Shown here: one piece after another, positions 28,301 to 36,922 of the stretch | Layout of the letters: each line of letters begins with the position of its first letter | How positions within the stretch are numbered: position 1 is the stretch's first letter | Source of the DNA: Flavobacteriales bacterium | GTDB lineage: Bacteria; Bacteroidota; Bacteroidia; Flavobacteriales_F; PHOS-HE28 | Reading direction: 5' to 3' | Assembly (NCBI GenBank): GCA_044507815.1 | Contig: JBIQIX010000004.1 | Coordinates: 195,288 to 259,287 of the forward strand | Length of the DNA stretch: 64,000 bases | Made by a program: the position numbers and the translations under genes | The notes under the pieces: model-generated | What the model saw: only the letters and a program-made list of their open reading frames with translations | Databases searched by the model: none | Told to the model about the DNA's origin: nothing

Positions 28301-30137
28301 AGTTGTCGGTGACCAGTACGCTGTATGTGCCCGCTGGCAAGTCGGTGGCCGTGGCCGTGGTTTGGGCCGAAGGATCGTTCCATAGGAAGCCCAGCCCTGC
28401 CATAGTGGTGGTTACAGTAGCACTTCCGGTGGCTGAACCATTGCAAAGAAGGTCCGTTGCGCTGATGCTGCTTCCGGCGAAGCTGTTCGGCAGCGCGATG
28501 AACACGGTATCGGTGGCCACTCCGCATGGCGATTCACCGGTGGTGCTCAGCACCAAATGCAAACCGCCCGCGGCCACTTCACTTGGCGTGGGCATATAGC
28601 TCACATTCAGGCCTGTGCCGGACAAGGTGCCATCGCCCCCGCTCCAAATGCCGCCCGGGGCATTGGTTACCGAGCCGCTCAGTGCCACGGGCAAGGCGCC
28701 CATGCATCCTACCAGGTCCGGACCTGCGTTGGCCGTGCTGGGCTGGTTGGCCTCACCGATGGTAACGGCCAACGGCCCGGCAATGCAGCCGTTGCCGTCA
28801 GTGATCACCAAGGTGTAATTGCCAGCTGGCGCCGTGATCGAAGGGGTGGTGGCACCGGTGCTCCATTCATACTGGAACGGGGGCGTGCCCACGGTGATGT
28901 CCACGGTCGCACTGCCGTCCTGGTTGCCCGTGCACGACTCATCCACCACCGTGGGCGCGGCCGTCAGCAGCCCGGGCAGCACTTGCACCGAATACACATA
29001 GGTCTGCAGCGCGGGAATGGGGCATGCTCCATCATTTGCGGTGATGATGAATGGGAAGAAACCCGAAGCGCCGGGCGTGCCGGTCCAACAGACCCGAACG
29101 GTGAGCGGATTGGTGCCAACGGTGGTCAACGTGGCACCTGGCAGATTTTGTGCGAGGTTGGAGGTTACAGTGAGCACATCACCGGAGTTCGGGTCGCCGA
29201 TCACGGCATCGAAACAAAAATTCCCCGATTCGCAAATGCGGATGGCTCGGGGCCCCGTTTGCCATGCTTGGCCACTGAGGTTGCTCACCAGTCCCGTGGT
29301 GGGGTCGGGCGGGATGTTGGTGCAGGGGTAGGCAATGAACTGCATATCGCGCATGATCGATCCGATCCATACGCCATTGTGATCATAACGGTCCACCCGT
29401 ACAACCACCACCCAGTTGCCCACTTGGTTGAGCGTGAAGTTCACTTGTCCTGTGTGCGGGTCGAGGGTGATCCCCGTAATGGGCTCGGTGCCGGAAAATG
29501 GTGGCACATAGGGCAGGTCAACTGCGCCAACGTTACGCGCGTTGATGAAAGTGTAGGTCAATGAATCACCGGCCGGGTCGTAGGCCCCGTAGCTGTATGA
29601 GATGGGGTAGCCGGCACATACGTACGGGATGGCGGCGTTGGTGAAGCGCGGCGACTCCTGGCAAGGCCCATCGACGTTGTTGATGCGCGCCTCGGTGTAG
29701 ATGTTCTTATTGCCGGGGGTCACCAAGTTGGCAATGGCACCGTTGCGGTAGGTGTCCGTCCAAGAGATCGTCCAGTAATCGCAGGGGGGAAGGGTGACCA
29801 CGCCGGTATACACATATTCCTGCATGCCCGGCAATGATCCGTTGCTGTGGCAGGTGCTTTGGGCCATTTGGGCCTGGCAGAGCTGGGAGATTTCGGTGCC
29901 ACCGTTGGTGCTCACCGTAACGGAACGGTTGCCGCAAGGGCTCTGTACGCTGAGCGAGTATGAGTTGGAGAGGTTCTGCCCGGCGCAATCGCGGTACACC
30001 ATCATGGTGATCCGGTATTGGTTTCCGCCCAGGCATTCGTAGTAGATCTCGCCCCCGGCGATGTGCGTGGCCTTGGTGGTGGCGGCGGACAGCAATAGGA
30101 GAATGAGAAGCAGAAAGGCTGGTGATCTGCGTGGCAT
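25320..30137 (-). CDS. SprB-like giant cell-surface adhesin with a type-B T9SS/gliding-motility C-terminal domain
   Basis: There is a signal peptide (MPRRSPAFLLLILLLLSAATTKA). The body is built from many SprB-type repeats (C-x-G-x-x-DG-[ST]…VTGGT-x-PY-x-Y-x-WSNG). A PKD domain follows (WQWSFGDGAMS…GVWTVGLTVTDDHGC). The C-terminal domain matches the gliding-motility-associated type-B class (NVFTPNPNGGGNGFYDP…WGELVFES…GWDGYYRGQ…). The gene is immediately followed by a PorP/SprF gene. Confidence 0.8.
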   Translation of the reverse strand: MPRRSPAFLLLILLLLSAATTKATHIAGGEIYYECLGGNQYRITMMVYRDCAGQNLSNSYSLSVQSPCGNRSVTVSTNGGTEISQLCQAQMAQSTCHSNGSLPGMQEYVYTGVVTLPPCDYWTISWTDTYRNGAIANLVTPGNKNIYTEARINNVDGPCQESPRFTNAAIPYVCAGYPISYSYGAYDPAGDSLTYTFINARNVGAVDLPYVPPFSGTEPITGITLDPHTGQVNFTLNQVGNWVVVVRVDRYDHNGVWIGSIMRDMQFIAYPCTNIPPDPTTGLVSNLSGQAWQTGPRAIRICESGNFCFDAVIGDPNSGDVLTVTSNLAQNLPGATLTTVGTNPLTVRVCWTGTPGASGFFPFIITANDGACPIPALQTYVYSVQVLPGLLTAAPTVVDESCTGNQDGSATVDITVGTPPFQYEWSTGATTPSITAPAGNYTLVITDGNGCIAGPLAVTIGEANQPSTANAGPDLVGCMGALPVALSGSVTNAPGGIWSGGDGTLSGTGLNVSYMPTPSEVAAGGLHLVLSTTGESPCGVATDTVFIALPNSFAGSSISATDLLCNGSATGSATVTTTMAGLGFLWNDPSAQTTATATDLPAGTYSVLVTDNSGCDTTLTATIAQPAALAIANLQVTDEQCAGNADGTITAIVTGGTPPYAYSWSNGQTTATLHGPAGTYTLTVTDANNCTTAQASATITALGQPNAANAGADLIGCFSSLPVQLNGTVTNATSGQWGGGNGQFSGTGLNVTYMPTVAEIMANGVSLVLTTTGNPTCPPATDTVHITLPTSFFGSSVSHTNATCNGTATGSATFTPATPGLTFQWTPSGQGTANATGLPAGDHNLLVTDAYGCDTTFSVTISEPAALAVASLQVTHEQCAGNADGSIVATVTGGTQPYQYAWSNGQTGSTLNGPAGTYTLTVTDANNCAAAQGTATITALGQPNAANAGADLIGCFSSLPVQLNGTVTNATSGQWGGGNGQFSGTGLNVTYMPTVAEIMANGVSLVLTTTGNPTCPPATDTVHITLPTSFFGSSITPTHLSCHGDGSGAIAFLPANNSFSYSWNDAAGQQSATATGLSAGTYSVLVTDEHGCDTTATATITEPAPLTVNIQPNAPSCHGGANGSAMGQPAGGTPGYSYQWSANTNSQTGSSAYSLTAGAYTVVVTDSHGCQVQGAVTLPDPTPVLLTAQVEDTVCVNVPVPLTAQAAGGAGNYQITWAGIGTGDSLQYSFPATQVVTVSVTDQNGCNGPIVELPVTVLNLALATLNTYGDTAFCPGGTATVGAWVTGYPGQTSLSWPQIPATGSGPFHITAQASRSLTVTATDICANTIQRSVNIAVETPPTITLPPVIAQGCAPLTVHFPTGLTNQPVSYFWNFGNGATSTSMSPVHTYTAGNYNVSLTVTTPLGCSANAANTGAVHAFAPPVAAFTANPWETDADHANIQFIDQSTGTVNSWQWSFGDGAMSLDPSPYHHFEEPGVWTVGLTVTDDHGCTANVGHTVKVNPIYDITIPNVFTPNPNGGGNGFYDPSDLSNDVFYPFIRFVKNFRMRIFNRWGELVFESDDIRRGWDGYYRGQLSQQDVYVYQVWVRFVDNKEMQRTGDLTLFR
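26612..28753 (-). repeat. Intragenic tandem repeat array: three copies of a 714-bp (238-aa) unit inside the adhesin gene, with two copies sharing a perfectly identical 234-bp core
   Basis: The sequence at 27036–27345 matches 27750–28059 almost exactly, at an offset of 714 bp, and 27092–27325 versus 27806–28039 is identical. A more diverged third copy is recognisable at the protein level (GEANQPSTANAGPDLVGC… versus GQPNAANAGADLIGC…). The ORF track independently shows duplicated antisense peptides at 26968–27168 and 27607–27882. Confidence 0.75.
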
Positions 30138-30266
30138 GCGAGAGGCTTGGGTGTGTATTCCTACGGGAAACAGCCGACGAGGTTTCAGGAAGCAGCATCC
30201 GCGCCACCGTACAGGTTCCAAGCGCCGGTTGCGGGAATTAACTTCGCGGCCCTGTATGCAAAGAGC

Positions 30267-31607
30267 ATGTTCGAGAACCTAAGCGACAAGTTGGAACGCG
30301 CCTTCAAGGTGCTGAAAGGCCAAGGCCAGATCACGGAGATCAACGTGGCCGAAACGATGAAGGAGGTGCGGCGCGCCCTGTTGGATGCCGACGTGAACTT
30401 CAAAACGGCCAAGGAGTTCACCGATCGGGTGAAGGCCAAGGCCCTGGGCCAGGATGTGCTTACCTCGGTAAGCCCGGGCCAATTGCTCATCAAGATCACC
30501 CACGACGAGCTGGCTGCCCTTATGGGTGGCACCAATGCGGGCATCAACCTTTCCGGCAACCCGACGGTGGTGCTCATGAGCGGCCTGCAGGGCTCGGGGA
30601 AAACCACGTTCAGCGGCAAGCTCGCCAACTTCCTGCGGAAAAAAGGGCGGCGCGTGCTGCTTACTGCGGCCGATGTGTACCGCCCCGCGGCCATCGACCA
30701 GTTGGAGACCTTGGGCAAACAGCTCGATATCAGCGTTTACAGCGAGCGGGACAACAAGGACCCCGTGGCCATTGCACGCAATGCCGTGGCCCATGCCAAG
30801 CAGCATGGCTTCACGGCCGTGATCATCGATACCGCCGGCCGTTTGGCGGTGGACGAGGCCATGATGCAGGAGATTACGGCCATTAAGAAGGCCATCAGCC
30901 CGCAGGAAACCCTGTTCGTGGTGGATGCCATGACCGGCCAGGACGCGGTGAACACCGCCAAGGCCTTCAATGACCGCCTGGATATCGATGGGGTGGTATT
31001 GACCAAGCTGGACGGCGATGCCCGCGGTGGTGCTGCCCTTACCATCCGCAGCGTGGTGGACAAGCCCATCAAGTTCATCGGCACCGGCGAAAAAATGGAG
31101 GCCCTCGACGAGTTCCATCCCGACCGGATGGCCGGGCGCATCCTGGGCATGGGCGACGTGGTCTCGCTGGTGGAGCGCGCGCAGGAACAATTCGACGAAA
31201 AGCAGGCCCGTGCCCTGCAGAAGAAGATCGCCAAAGATCAGTTCGGCTTCGACGACTTCCTGGAGCAGATCCAGCAGATCAAGAAAATGGGCAATATGAA
31301 GGACCTCATGGCCATGATCCCGGGTGTGGGAAAGGCCATGAAGAACCTCGACATTCCGGATGATGCCTTCAAGGGCATTGAGGCCATCATCAGCAGCATG
31401 ACCCCGCATGAGCGCCGTGAGCCCTCGGTGATCAACGGTAGCCGCCGCCAGCGCATCGCCTCTGGCAGCGGCACCAACGTGGCCGAGGTGAACAAACTGA
31501 TGAAGCAGTTCGAGGAAACCCGGAAGATGATGAAAATGATGGGCGACAAGAGCAAGATGAAGGCGATGATGCAGCGCATGCAGCAGATGCAGGGCATGAA
31601 CCGCTGA
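30267..31607 (+). CDS. ffh: Signal recognition particle protein Ffh
   Basis: N domain, then a G domain with the GTPase motifs (GLQGSGKTT, DTAGR, TKLDGDARGG), then a Met-rich M domain at the C-terminus. Confidence 0.9.
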   Translation: MFENLSDKLERAFKVLKGQGQITEINVAETMKEVRRALLDADVNFKTAKEFTDRVKAKALGQDVLTSVSPGQLLIKITHDELAALMGGTNAGINLSGNPTVVLMSGLQGSGKTTFSGKLANFLRKKGRRVLLTAADVYRPAAIDQLETLGKQLDISVYSERDNKDPVAIARNAVAHAKQHGFTAVIIDTAGRLAVDEAMMQEITAIKKAISPQETLFVVDAMTGQDAVNTAKAFNDRLDIDGVVLTKLDGDARGGAALTIRSVVDKPIKFIGTGEKMEALDEFHPDRMAGRILGMGDVVSLVERAQEQFDEKQARALQKKIAKDQFGFDDFLEQIQQIKKMGNMKDLMAMIPGVGKAMKNLDIPDDAFKGIEAIISSMTPHERREPSVINGSRRQRIASGSGTNVAEVNKLMKQFEETRKMMKMMGDKSKMKAMMQRMQQMQGMNR

Positions 31608-31656
31608 CCAGCGAACCTTCGTCATTGCGCTTCGTTCCAACGGCCAAATACGGCTG

Positions 31657-33516
31657 TTGATGCGCTTGGAATGCCTGTTCGGCGTCTTTCTTTCAATTGG
31701 TGCCATGGCCCAAACCGGGCCTGCCGGCATTGGCGGCCCGCCCAGTAATCCGCTGTGGCTGGATGCCGGCACCGGGGTATTCAAGGGTGCCGGAAGCAAC
31801 CCGGCCGGCAACGGCGATGCCGTGCAACAATGGAACAATGTTTCCGGCAATGCCAGGCATGCACAACAATCGACAGCGCCCAACAGGCCGCAATACAGGG
31901 CGAACGTGCTGAATGGCCGGCCCGCTGTGCGTTTCAATGCCTCAAGCGGCACGCGCATGGCCATCTCGGCGTTGAACAGCTCCACGGCCGGAAAGGCTTC
32001 CCTGTGGGCCGTGGTCAGCTATTCCAGCTTGCCCAGCCCCAACCCCGGCGTGTTGCAGGGCACCGCCCCGGGCAACGTGTATTCCAGCATTCCAGCCGAT
32101 AAGAACATCGGCCTGTGGGTGAGCAACGTGCACAAGGTGTGGGGCAGGGGAATCCAAACCGATGGCGCAAGCGTGAATGTGCCCGCGGTCACTTCACTCT
32201 CGGCCAATACGTTCTACATCCTCAGCACACAGTACGATGGTACGCGGATCAGCCAGTATGTGAACAACGCTTCGGCAGGTGTGGCCAGCTACAACGGAAC
32301 CCTGCGGCCATGGCCCGATATGTCGATCGGCACCCAGGCCGGTACGGAGGGTTGGAATGGCGACATCGCCGAGGTGGTGGCCTTCAACACGGTGCTGAAT
32401 GGCACGCAGCAATTGATCATGGCCAACTACCTGGCAGCCAAGTACGGCCTTTTGCTCGGTGCCGACGATATCTACACGCAGGATGATCTGGCCAACGGTA
32501 ACTACGACCACGAGGTGGCCGGGATCGGACGGATATCGGCAACCGATATGCATACCTCGGCCAAGGGAACCGGCATTGTGCAGATCGCCGGTGCCACGGC
32601 TTTGGATAACAACGAATTCTTGATCTGGGGCCACGATGGCGGCACATTGGGCTCTTGGGGAGCAGGAGAACGCCCTGCGGGGGTAATGGAACGGCTGGTG
32701 CGGACGTGGCGGGTGAACGAAGTGAACCGCTCCGGAAACCCGGTGGACGTGGGCGCCGTGGACATCACCTTCGACCTGTCCGGCCTGGGGCCGGTGGTGG
32801 CCGCCGATCTGCGCTTGCTTGTGGACAGCAACAACGACGGTGCCTTCGCCGATGAATCGCCACTGGCCGGTGCGGTGGCATTGGGCGGCGGGCAGTACCG
32901 TTTCAACGGCATCTCCGCCCTAAAGAACAACGTCCGGTTCACCCTGGGCTCGGCCAACCGGGTAACCACGCCACTGCCCGTGGAATTGCTCCATTTCGAG
33001 GCCATTCCGCAGGGCAGGGAGGTGAGGCTGGCCTGGGCCACCGCAAGCGAAAGCAACAATCGTTGGTTCACCGTGGAACGCTCAGGCGATGCACTTGACT
33101 GGGAAGCTGTGGCCACTTTGCAGGGAGCGGGCAACAGCACCCAACCCCTGGAATATTCAACGCGCGACCTTGCACCCTTGGCAGGCACCAGTTATTACCG
33201 CTTGCGCCAGACCGACCACGATGGAAGAACCACATTTTCCGAAGCGAGGCCCGTGGTGAGGGGCATGCCCGCTCCGGTCATCATTTACCCGAATCCCGCC
33301 CGCGGGCCTTTCTCGGTGATGCTTGATCCCATGGAAGAGGATGCCACGGTGGAGCTGGTCGATATGGATGGACGTGTGCTGTGGCAGCGTACCTCAGCAG
33401 GGGCGGGCACCCGTGTGCTTGTGGATATGGCGGAGCTGCCTGCCGCGATGTACATGGTCAGGATCGCATCAGGCCAACATTCCCGCGCAGGAAGGTTGGT
33501 TGTTCCGGCCCATTGA
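31657..33516 (+). CDS. Secreted protein with a LamG/concanavalin-like domain and a type-A T9SS C-terminal sorting domain
   Basis: Signal peptide (MMRLECLFGVFLSIGAMAQ); LamG-like motif (GWNGDIAEVVAFNTVLN); a C-terminal domain with IIYPNPARGPFSVML…VELVDMDGRVL…YMVRI. Confidence 0.6.
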   Translation: MMRLECLFGVFLSIGAMAQTGPAGIGGPPSNPLWLDAGTGVFKGAGSNPAGNGDAVQQWNNVSGNARHAQQSTAPNRPQYRANVLNGRPAVRFNASSGTRMAISALNSSTAGKASLWAVVSYSSLPSPNPGVLQGTAPGNVYSSIPADKNIGLWVSNVHKVWGRGIQTDGASVNVPAVTSLSANTFYILSTQYDGTRISQYVNNASAGVASYNGTLRPWPDMSIGTQAGTEGWNGDIAEVVAFNTVLNGTQQLIMANYLAAKYGLLLGADDIYTQDDLANGNYDHEVAGIGRISATDMHTSAKGTGIVQIAGATALDNNEFLIWGHDGGTLGSWGAGERPAGVMERLVRTWRVNEVNRSGNPVDVGAVDITFDLSGLGPVVAADLRLLVDSNNDGAFADESPLAGAVALGGGQYRFNGISALKNNVRFTLGSANRVTTPLPVELLHFEAIPQGREVRLAWATASESNNRWFTVERSGDALDWEAVATLQGAGNSTQPLEYSTRDLAPLAGTSYYRLRQTDHDGRTTFSEARPVVRGMPAPVIIYPNPARGPFSVMLDPMEEDATVELVDMDGRVLWQRTSAGAGTRVLVDMAELPAAMYMVRIASGQHSRAGRLVVPAH

Positions 33517-33597
33517 AGGCGAACTGGCCGGCGGGCCATGGGAGATGGATCCCGAAATGCTTTTACCGCTGGGGGATGGGCATTAGTTTCGGCCCCC

Positions 33598-34488
33598 ATG
33601 CAGGAACAAACAGCCACGTACCGCTTATTGGACGGCGTGGAATGCGGCAAGGCGCTACGCATTGGCATCGCCTCAGAAGCATCACAGGTGAAGAAGGATC
33701 GTGGACGGGCGCCGCACCTGGTGGCCGTGCTGGTCGGCGAGGACCCGGCCAGCCAAACCTATGTTGCCAGCAAGGTGAAGGCCTGCGAGGAAGTAGGCTT
33801 CAAAAGCACACTGCTGAAAAGGCCCGCCAACACCACCGAGGAAGAGTTGCTCACCCTGGTGCAGCAGCTCAATAATGACAGCGATGTTGATGGCTTCATC
33901 GTGCAATTGCCCCTGCCCGGGCACATCGATGAAGAGCGTGTGACCCTGGCCATCGATCCCGACAAGGATGTGGACGGTTTCCATCCCCAGAACCTGGGAC
34001 GCATGATCTTGGGACTGCCCGGCTACCTGCCGGCCACACCGAACGGTATCTTGGCCATGCTCGCGCATTACGAGGTGCCCACGGAAGGAAGGCATTGCGT
34101 GGTGGTGGGCCGCAGCCACATTGTGGGCACCCCCATGAGCATATTGATGGGGCGCAACAATTCGCCGGGCAACTGCACGGTTACCTTGGCACACAGCCGC
34201 ACACGCGATTTGCCTTCCATCACGCGCCAGGCCGATATACTCATTGTGGCCATCGGCAAGCCGAACTTCATCGGTGCCGAAATGGTGAAAGAAGGTGCCG
34301 TAGTGGTGGACGTGGGCATACACAGGTTGCCGGATCCATCCAGGAAAAGCGGCCATCGCCTGTGCGGCGATGTGGATTTCACGGCCGTGGCACCCAAGGC
34401 CTCGTGGATCACTCCGGTACCGGGCGGCGTAGGCCCCATGACCGTCACCAGCCTGTTGATCAATACGCTCAAGGCCGCGAAACGTTAG
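33598..34488 (+). CDS. folD: Bifunctional methylenetetrahydrofolate dehydrogenase/cyclohydrolase
   Basis: FolD signature regions LVGEDPASQTYVASKVKACEEVGF and VVGRSHIVGTPMSILM; C-terminal GGVGPMTV. Confidence 0.85.
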   Translation: MQEQTATYRLLDGVECGKALRIGIASEASQVKKDRGRAPHLVAVLVGEDPASQTYVASKVKACEEVGFKSTLLKRPANTTEEELLTLVQQLNNDSDVDGFIVQLPLPGHIDEERVTLAIDPDKDVDGFHPQNLGRMILGLPGYLPATPNGILAMLAHYEVPTEGRHCVVVGRSHIVGTPMSILMGRNNSPGNCTVTLAHSRTRDLPSITRQADILIVAIGKPNFIGAEMVKEGAVVVDVGIHRLPDPSRKSGHRLCGDVDFTAVAPKASWITPVPGGVGPMTVTSLLINTLKAAKR

Positions 34489-34556
34489 AATAATCCGTGC
34501 CCTCCTCCGCCAAACACTGGCCCAGGTCCGCACTTCAATCACGAATACACCGAACC

Positions 34557-35213
34557 ATGCCAGAGGAGAGAGCATCATTTTACAACCAGGTCTTCGGCAA
34601 CAACCGCAAATGGATCGAGCAGAAGAAGGCCGAGGACCCCGACTACTTCACGCACCTTGCCCAAGGGCAACAACCCGAAATCCTGTTCATCGGTTGCAGC
34701 GATAGCCGCGTTACCGCGGAGGAACTGATGGGTGCCTCGCCGGGGCAGGTGTTCGTGCACCGCAACATTTCCAACGTGGTGGGCAGCGCCGACCTCAACG
34801 CCCTTAGCGTGGTGGAATATGCCATTGGCGCACTGGAGGTGAAGCACGTGGTGGTATGCGGCCATTATGGCTGCGGAGGGGTGAAGGCAGCCATGCAACC
34901 GCAGGACCTTGGCCTGCTGAATCCCTGGTTACGCATGATCCGGGATGTTTACCGCCTGCACCGTGCCGAGCTGGATGCCATTGGCGATGAAAAGAAGCGC
35001 TACGACCGGCTGGTGGAACTGAACGTGGAGGAGCAGTGCATCAACGTGATCAAGACGGCTGTTTTCCAGAAAGCATTCCTGCGCACAAAGCACCCCCAGG
35101 TGCACGGCTGGGCCTTCAACATGGCCACGGGTGAACTGGTGGACCTGCACTTCGATTTTGAGCGCAAGCTCGATGAGATCAGGGCCATCTACGACCTGAA
35201 GCCTGTCAATTGA
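34557..35213 (+). CDS. Beta-class carbonic anhydrase
   Basis: The CSDSRV zinc-ligand motif is present (FIGCSDSRVTAEELM) and HYGCGGV supplies the second His/Cys ligands. Confidence 0.8.
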   Translation: MPEERASFYNQVFGNNRKWIEQKKAEDPDYFTHLAQGQQPEILFIGCSDSRVTAEELMGASPGQVFVHRNISNVVGSADLNALSVVEYAIGALEVKHVVVCGHYGCGGVKAAMQPQDLGLLNPWLRMIRDVYRLHRAELDAIGDEKKRYDRLVELNVEEQCINVIKTAVFQKAFLRTKHPQVHGWAFNMATGELVDLHFDFERKLDEIRAIYDLKPVN

Positions 35214-35265
35214 TTCACGATCCGGCGTTTGCCCGGGCCCTCAATAACCCAAAACCACCAAAACC

Positions 35266-36849
35266 ATGCGATTTCCAGTGATGCTGCTTGGGGCAGCACT
35301 AATGGCCACAACCTCTGTGGCCGCCCAAAAGAAAACAAACAAGGCCACCGTGAATTGGGGCCCCGACCTTACCGAAAAGGAGAACGGTTCATTCGATGAA
35401 GTGGTCGGCGATAACGGAACATCCACCTTCCTGCTCGTGGACCGCAAGAAGGGCAAGTTCATACAGCGGATGGACGGGCTGAAAATGGCGTGGGAAAAAC
35501 CGCTTGAGCTGAAGATGGACAAAAAGGACATGCGCCTTGAACGGATCATGCTCACGGATGCCGAGATCCATGTGTTCACCAGTTTGTACGACAAAAAGCA
35601 GAACGAAAACCGGCTGTACGTTTCAAGCTATGACCAACAAGGCTTTGCACCGGGTAGGCAATTCCAGTTGCTGGCAACCATGCACGCAGAGAAGCAGTCG
35701 AATGCGGGCACATTTTTCATGCAGCTTTCGCCCGGCAAGGGCAAGATCCTGGTGAATGCCACACCGCCGTATGATAAGAAGTCCACGGAGCGTACCACTA
35801 TGCATATGTTCAGTTCAGACCTGCAGCTGCTATGGTCCCAGGAATTCAAGCTGCCATACACCGATGAGGAATTCAAGATGGAGAGCTGGCGTGTGGATGA
35901 TGACGGCGCCGTGGTGCTCCTCGGCGTGAAGTATGCGTCGAAGCAGGAACGGAGGGAACTCAAGCGTGCCAACCAGGCCACTTACGAATATCATTTGCTG
36001 GTGTACGACGGTGCTTCCGCACAACCTTCGGACAACCTGATATCCGTACCGGATAAATTCCTGCAGGACATGACCATTTCCATGGGTGCCACAGGCGACA
36101 TTTTATGCGGAGGCCTTTACGGGAACAAAGGCAGCTTCAGCGTGCGCGGGGCCTACTATCTGCGGTTGGACCGCAACTCCAAGCAGGTCGTGCACGCGAG
36201 TTATAAGGAATTCTCGGATGACTTCATCACTTCCTACATGGAGGAAAAAGCCGCTGCCAAGGCGAAGAAAAAGGCCGATAAAAAGGGGGAGGAGCTTGAG
36301 CTTCCGGAATTCCAGCTGAACGATATCATCCTCCGCGACGATGGCGGGGCCGTGTTGCTGGCCGAGCAGTACATCGTGCGGGAGGTGACCACCACCTACA
36401 CCTCCAACGGCCAAACGTACACCACCACGAGCACGCACTACTATTACAACGACCTGTTGGTGATCAACATTGACCCAAGCGGCGACATACAGTGGGCGAT
36501 AAAGATCCCCAAGCGCCAACACAGCGTGAACGATCAAGGACGTTTCAGCGGGGTGGCGGTGAACGTGAAGCAAGACAAGATCTACTTCGTGTTCAACGAT
36601 ACCGGTGAAAACCTCTTCCTCAAGCCGGGCGACAAGGTGAAGCAATTCGCGCTCACCGGAAAAGATGCACTGGTGGTGCTGGCCACCGTGGATGCCAACG
36701 GGACGGTAAGCCGCGAGGCCCTGTTCTCACCCGATCGGCGTGACGTGATCCTTCGCCCCAAGGATTGTGTGGAGCTGGAGGACGAAAGCATGTTCATATA
36801 CGCCAACCGTAAAAAGGATTACCGGTACGGGCTGATCACCTTCAAGTGA
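35266..36849 (+). CDS. Hypothetical secreted protein (527 aa, Lys/Glu-rich), no recognisable domain
   Basis: Signal peptide (MRFPVMLLGAALMATTSVAAQ) and a clean long ORF. The local GC content (about 52–55%) is lower than the ~62% background. Confidence 0.5.
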   Translation: MRFPVMLLGAALMATTSVAAQKKTNKATVNWGPDLTEKENGSFDEVVGDNGTSTFLLVDRKKGKFIQRMDGLKMAWEKPLELKMDKKDMRLERIMLTDAEIHVFTSLYDKKQNENRLYVSSYDQQGFAPGRQFQLLATMHAEKQSNAGTFFMQLSPGKGKILVNATPPYDKKSTERTTMHMFSSDLQLLWSQEFKLPYTDEEFKMESWRVDDDGAVVLLGVKYASKQERRELKRANQATYEYHLLVYDGASAQPSDNLISVPDKFLQDMTISMGATGDILCGGLYGNKGSFSVRGAYYLRLDRNSKQVVHASYKEFSDDFITSYMEEKAAAKAKKKADKKGEELELPEFQLNDIILRDDGGAVLLAEQYIVREVTTTYTSNGQTYTTTSTHYYYNDLLVINIDPSGDIQWAIKIPKRQHSVNDQGRFSGVAVNVKQDKIYFVFNDTGENLFLKPGDKVKQFALTGKDALVVLATVDANGTVSREALFSPDRRDVILRPKDCVELEDESMFIYANRKKDYRYGLITFK

Positions 36850-36865
36850 CCCGGCACCGGGGAAA

Positions 36866-36906
36866 CGAACAAGGCCGGCGGAGCATCCACCGGCCTTGTT
36901 CGTTTG
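36866..36906. terminator. Bidirectional intrinsic terminator
   Basis: Perfect 13-bp stem: cgaacaaggccgg - 11-nt loop - ccggccttgttcg, followed by TTTGGG and preceded by GAAA. It lies between the convergent hypothetical gene (plus strand) and ribH (minus strand). Confidence 0.6.
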
Positions 36907-36922
36907 GGCCCGGAGAACCTGC

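Noticed and set aside
25320-30137. Possibility that the repeat-rich adhesin region contains a CRISPR array or a mobile element
   Set aside because: The repeats are 714-bp protein-coding units in one continuous frame, not short spacer-interspersed direct repeats, and no cas gene or transposase is present.
33538-33597. An earlier ATG for folD, and similar upstream extensions for ffh (30147), recF (38063), aroK (51837), the first M16 gene (57464) and czcA (49969)
   Set aside because: In each case the conserved N-terminal region of the family begins at a later in-frame ATG. The extension either overlaps a neighbouring gene or is compositionally atypical.
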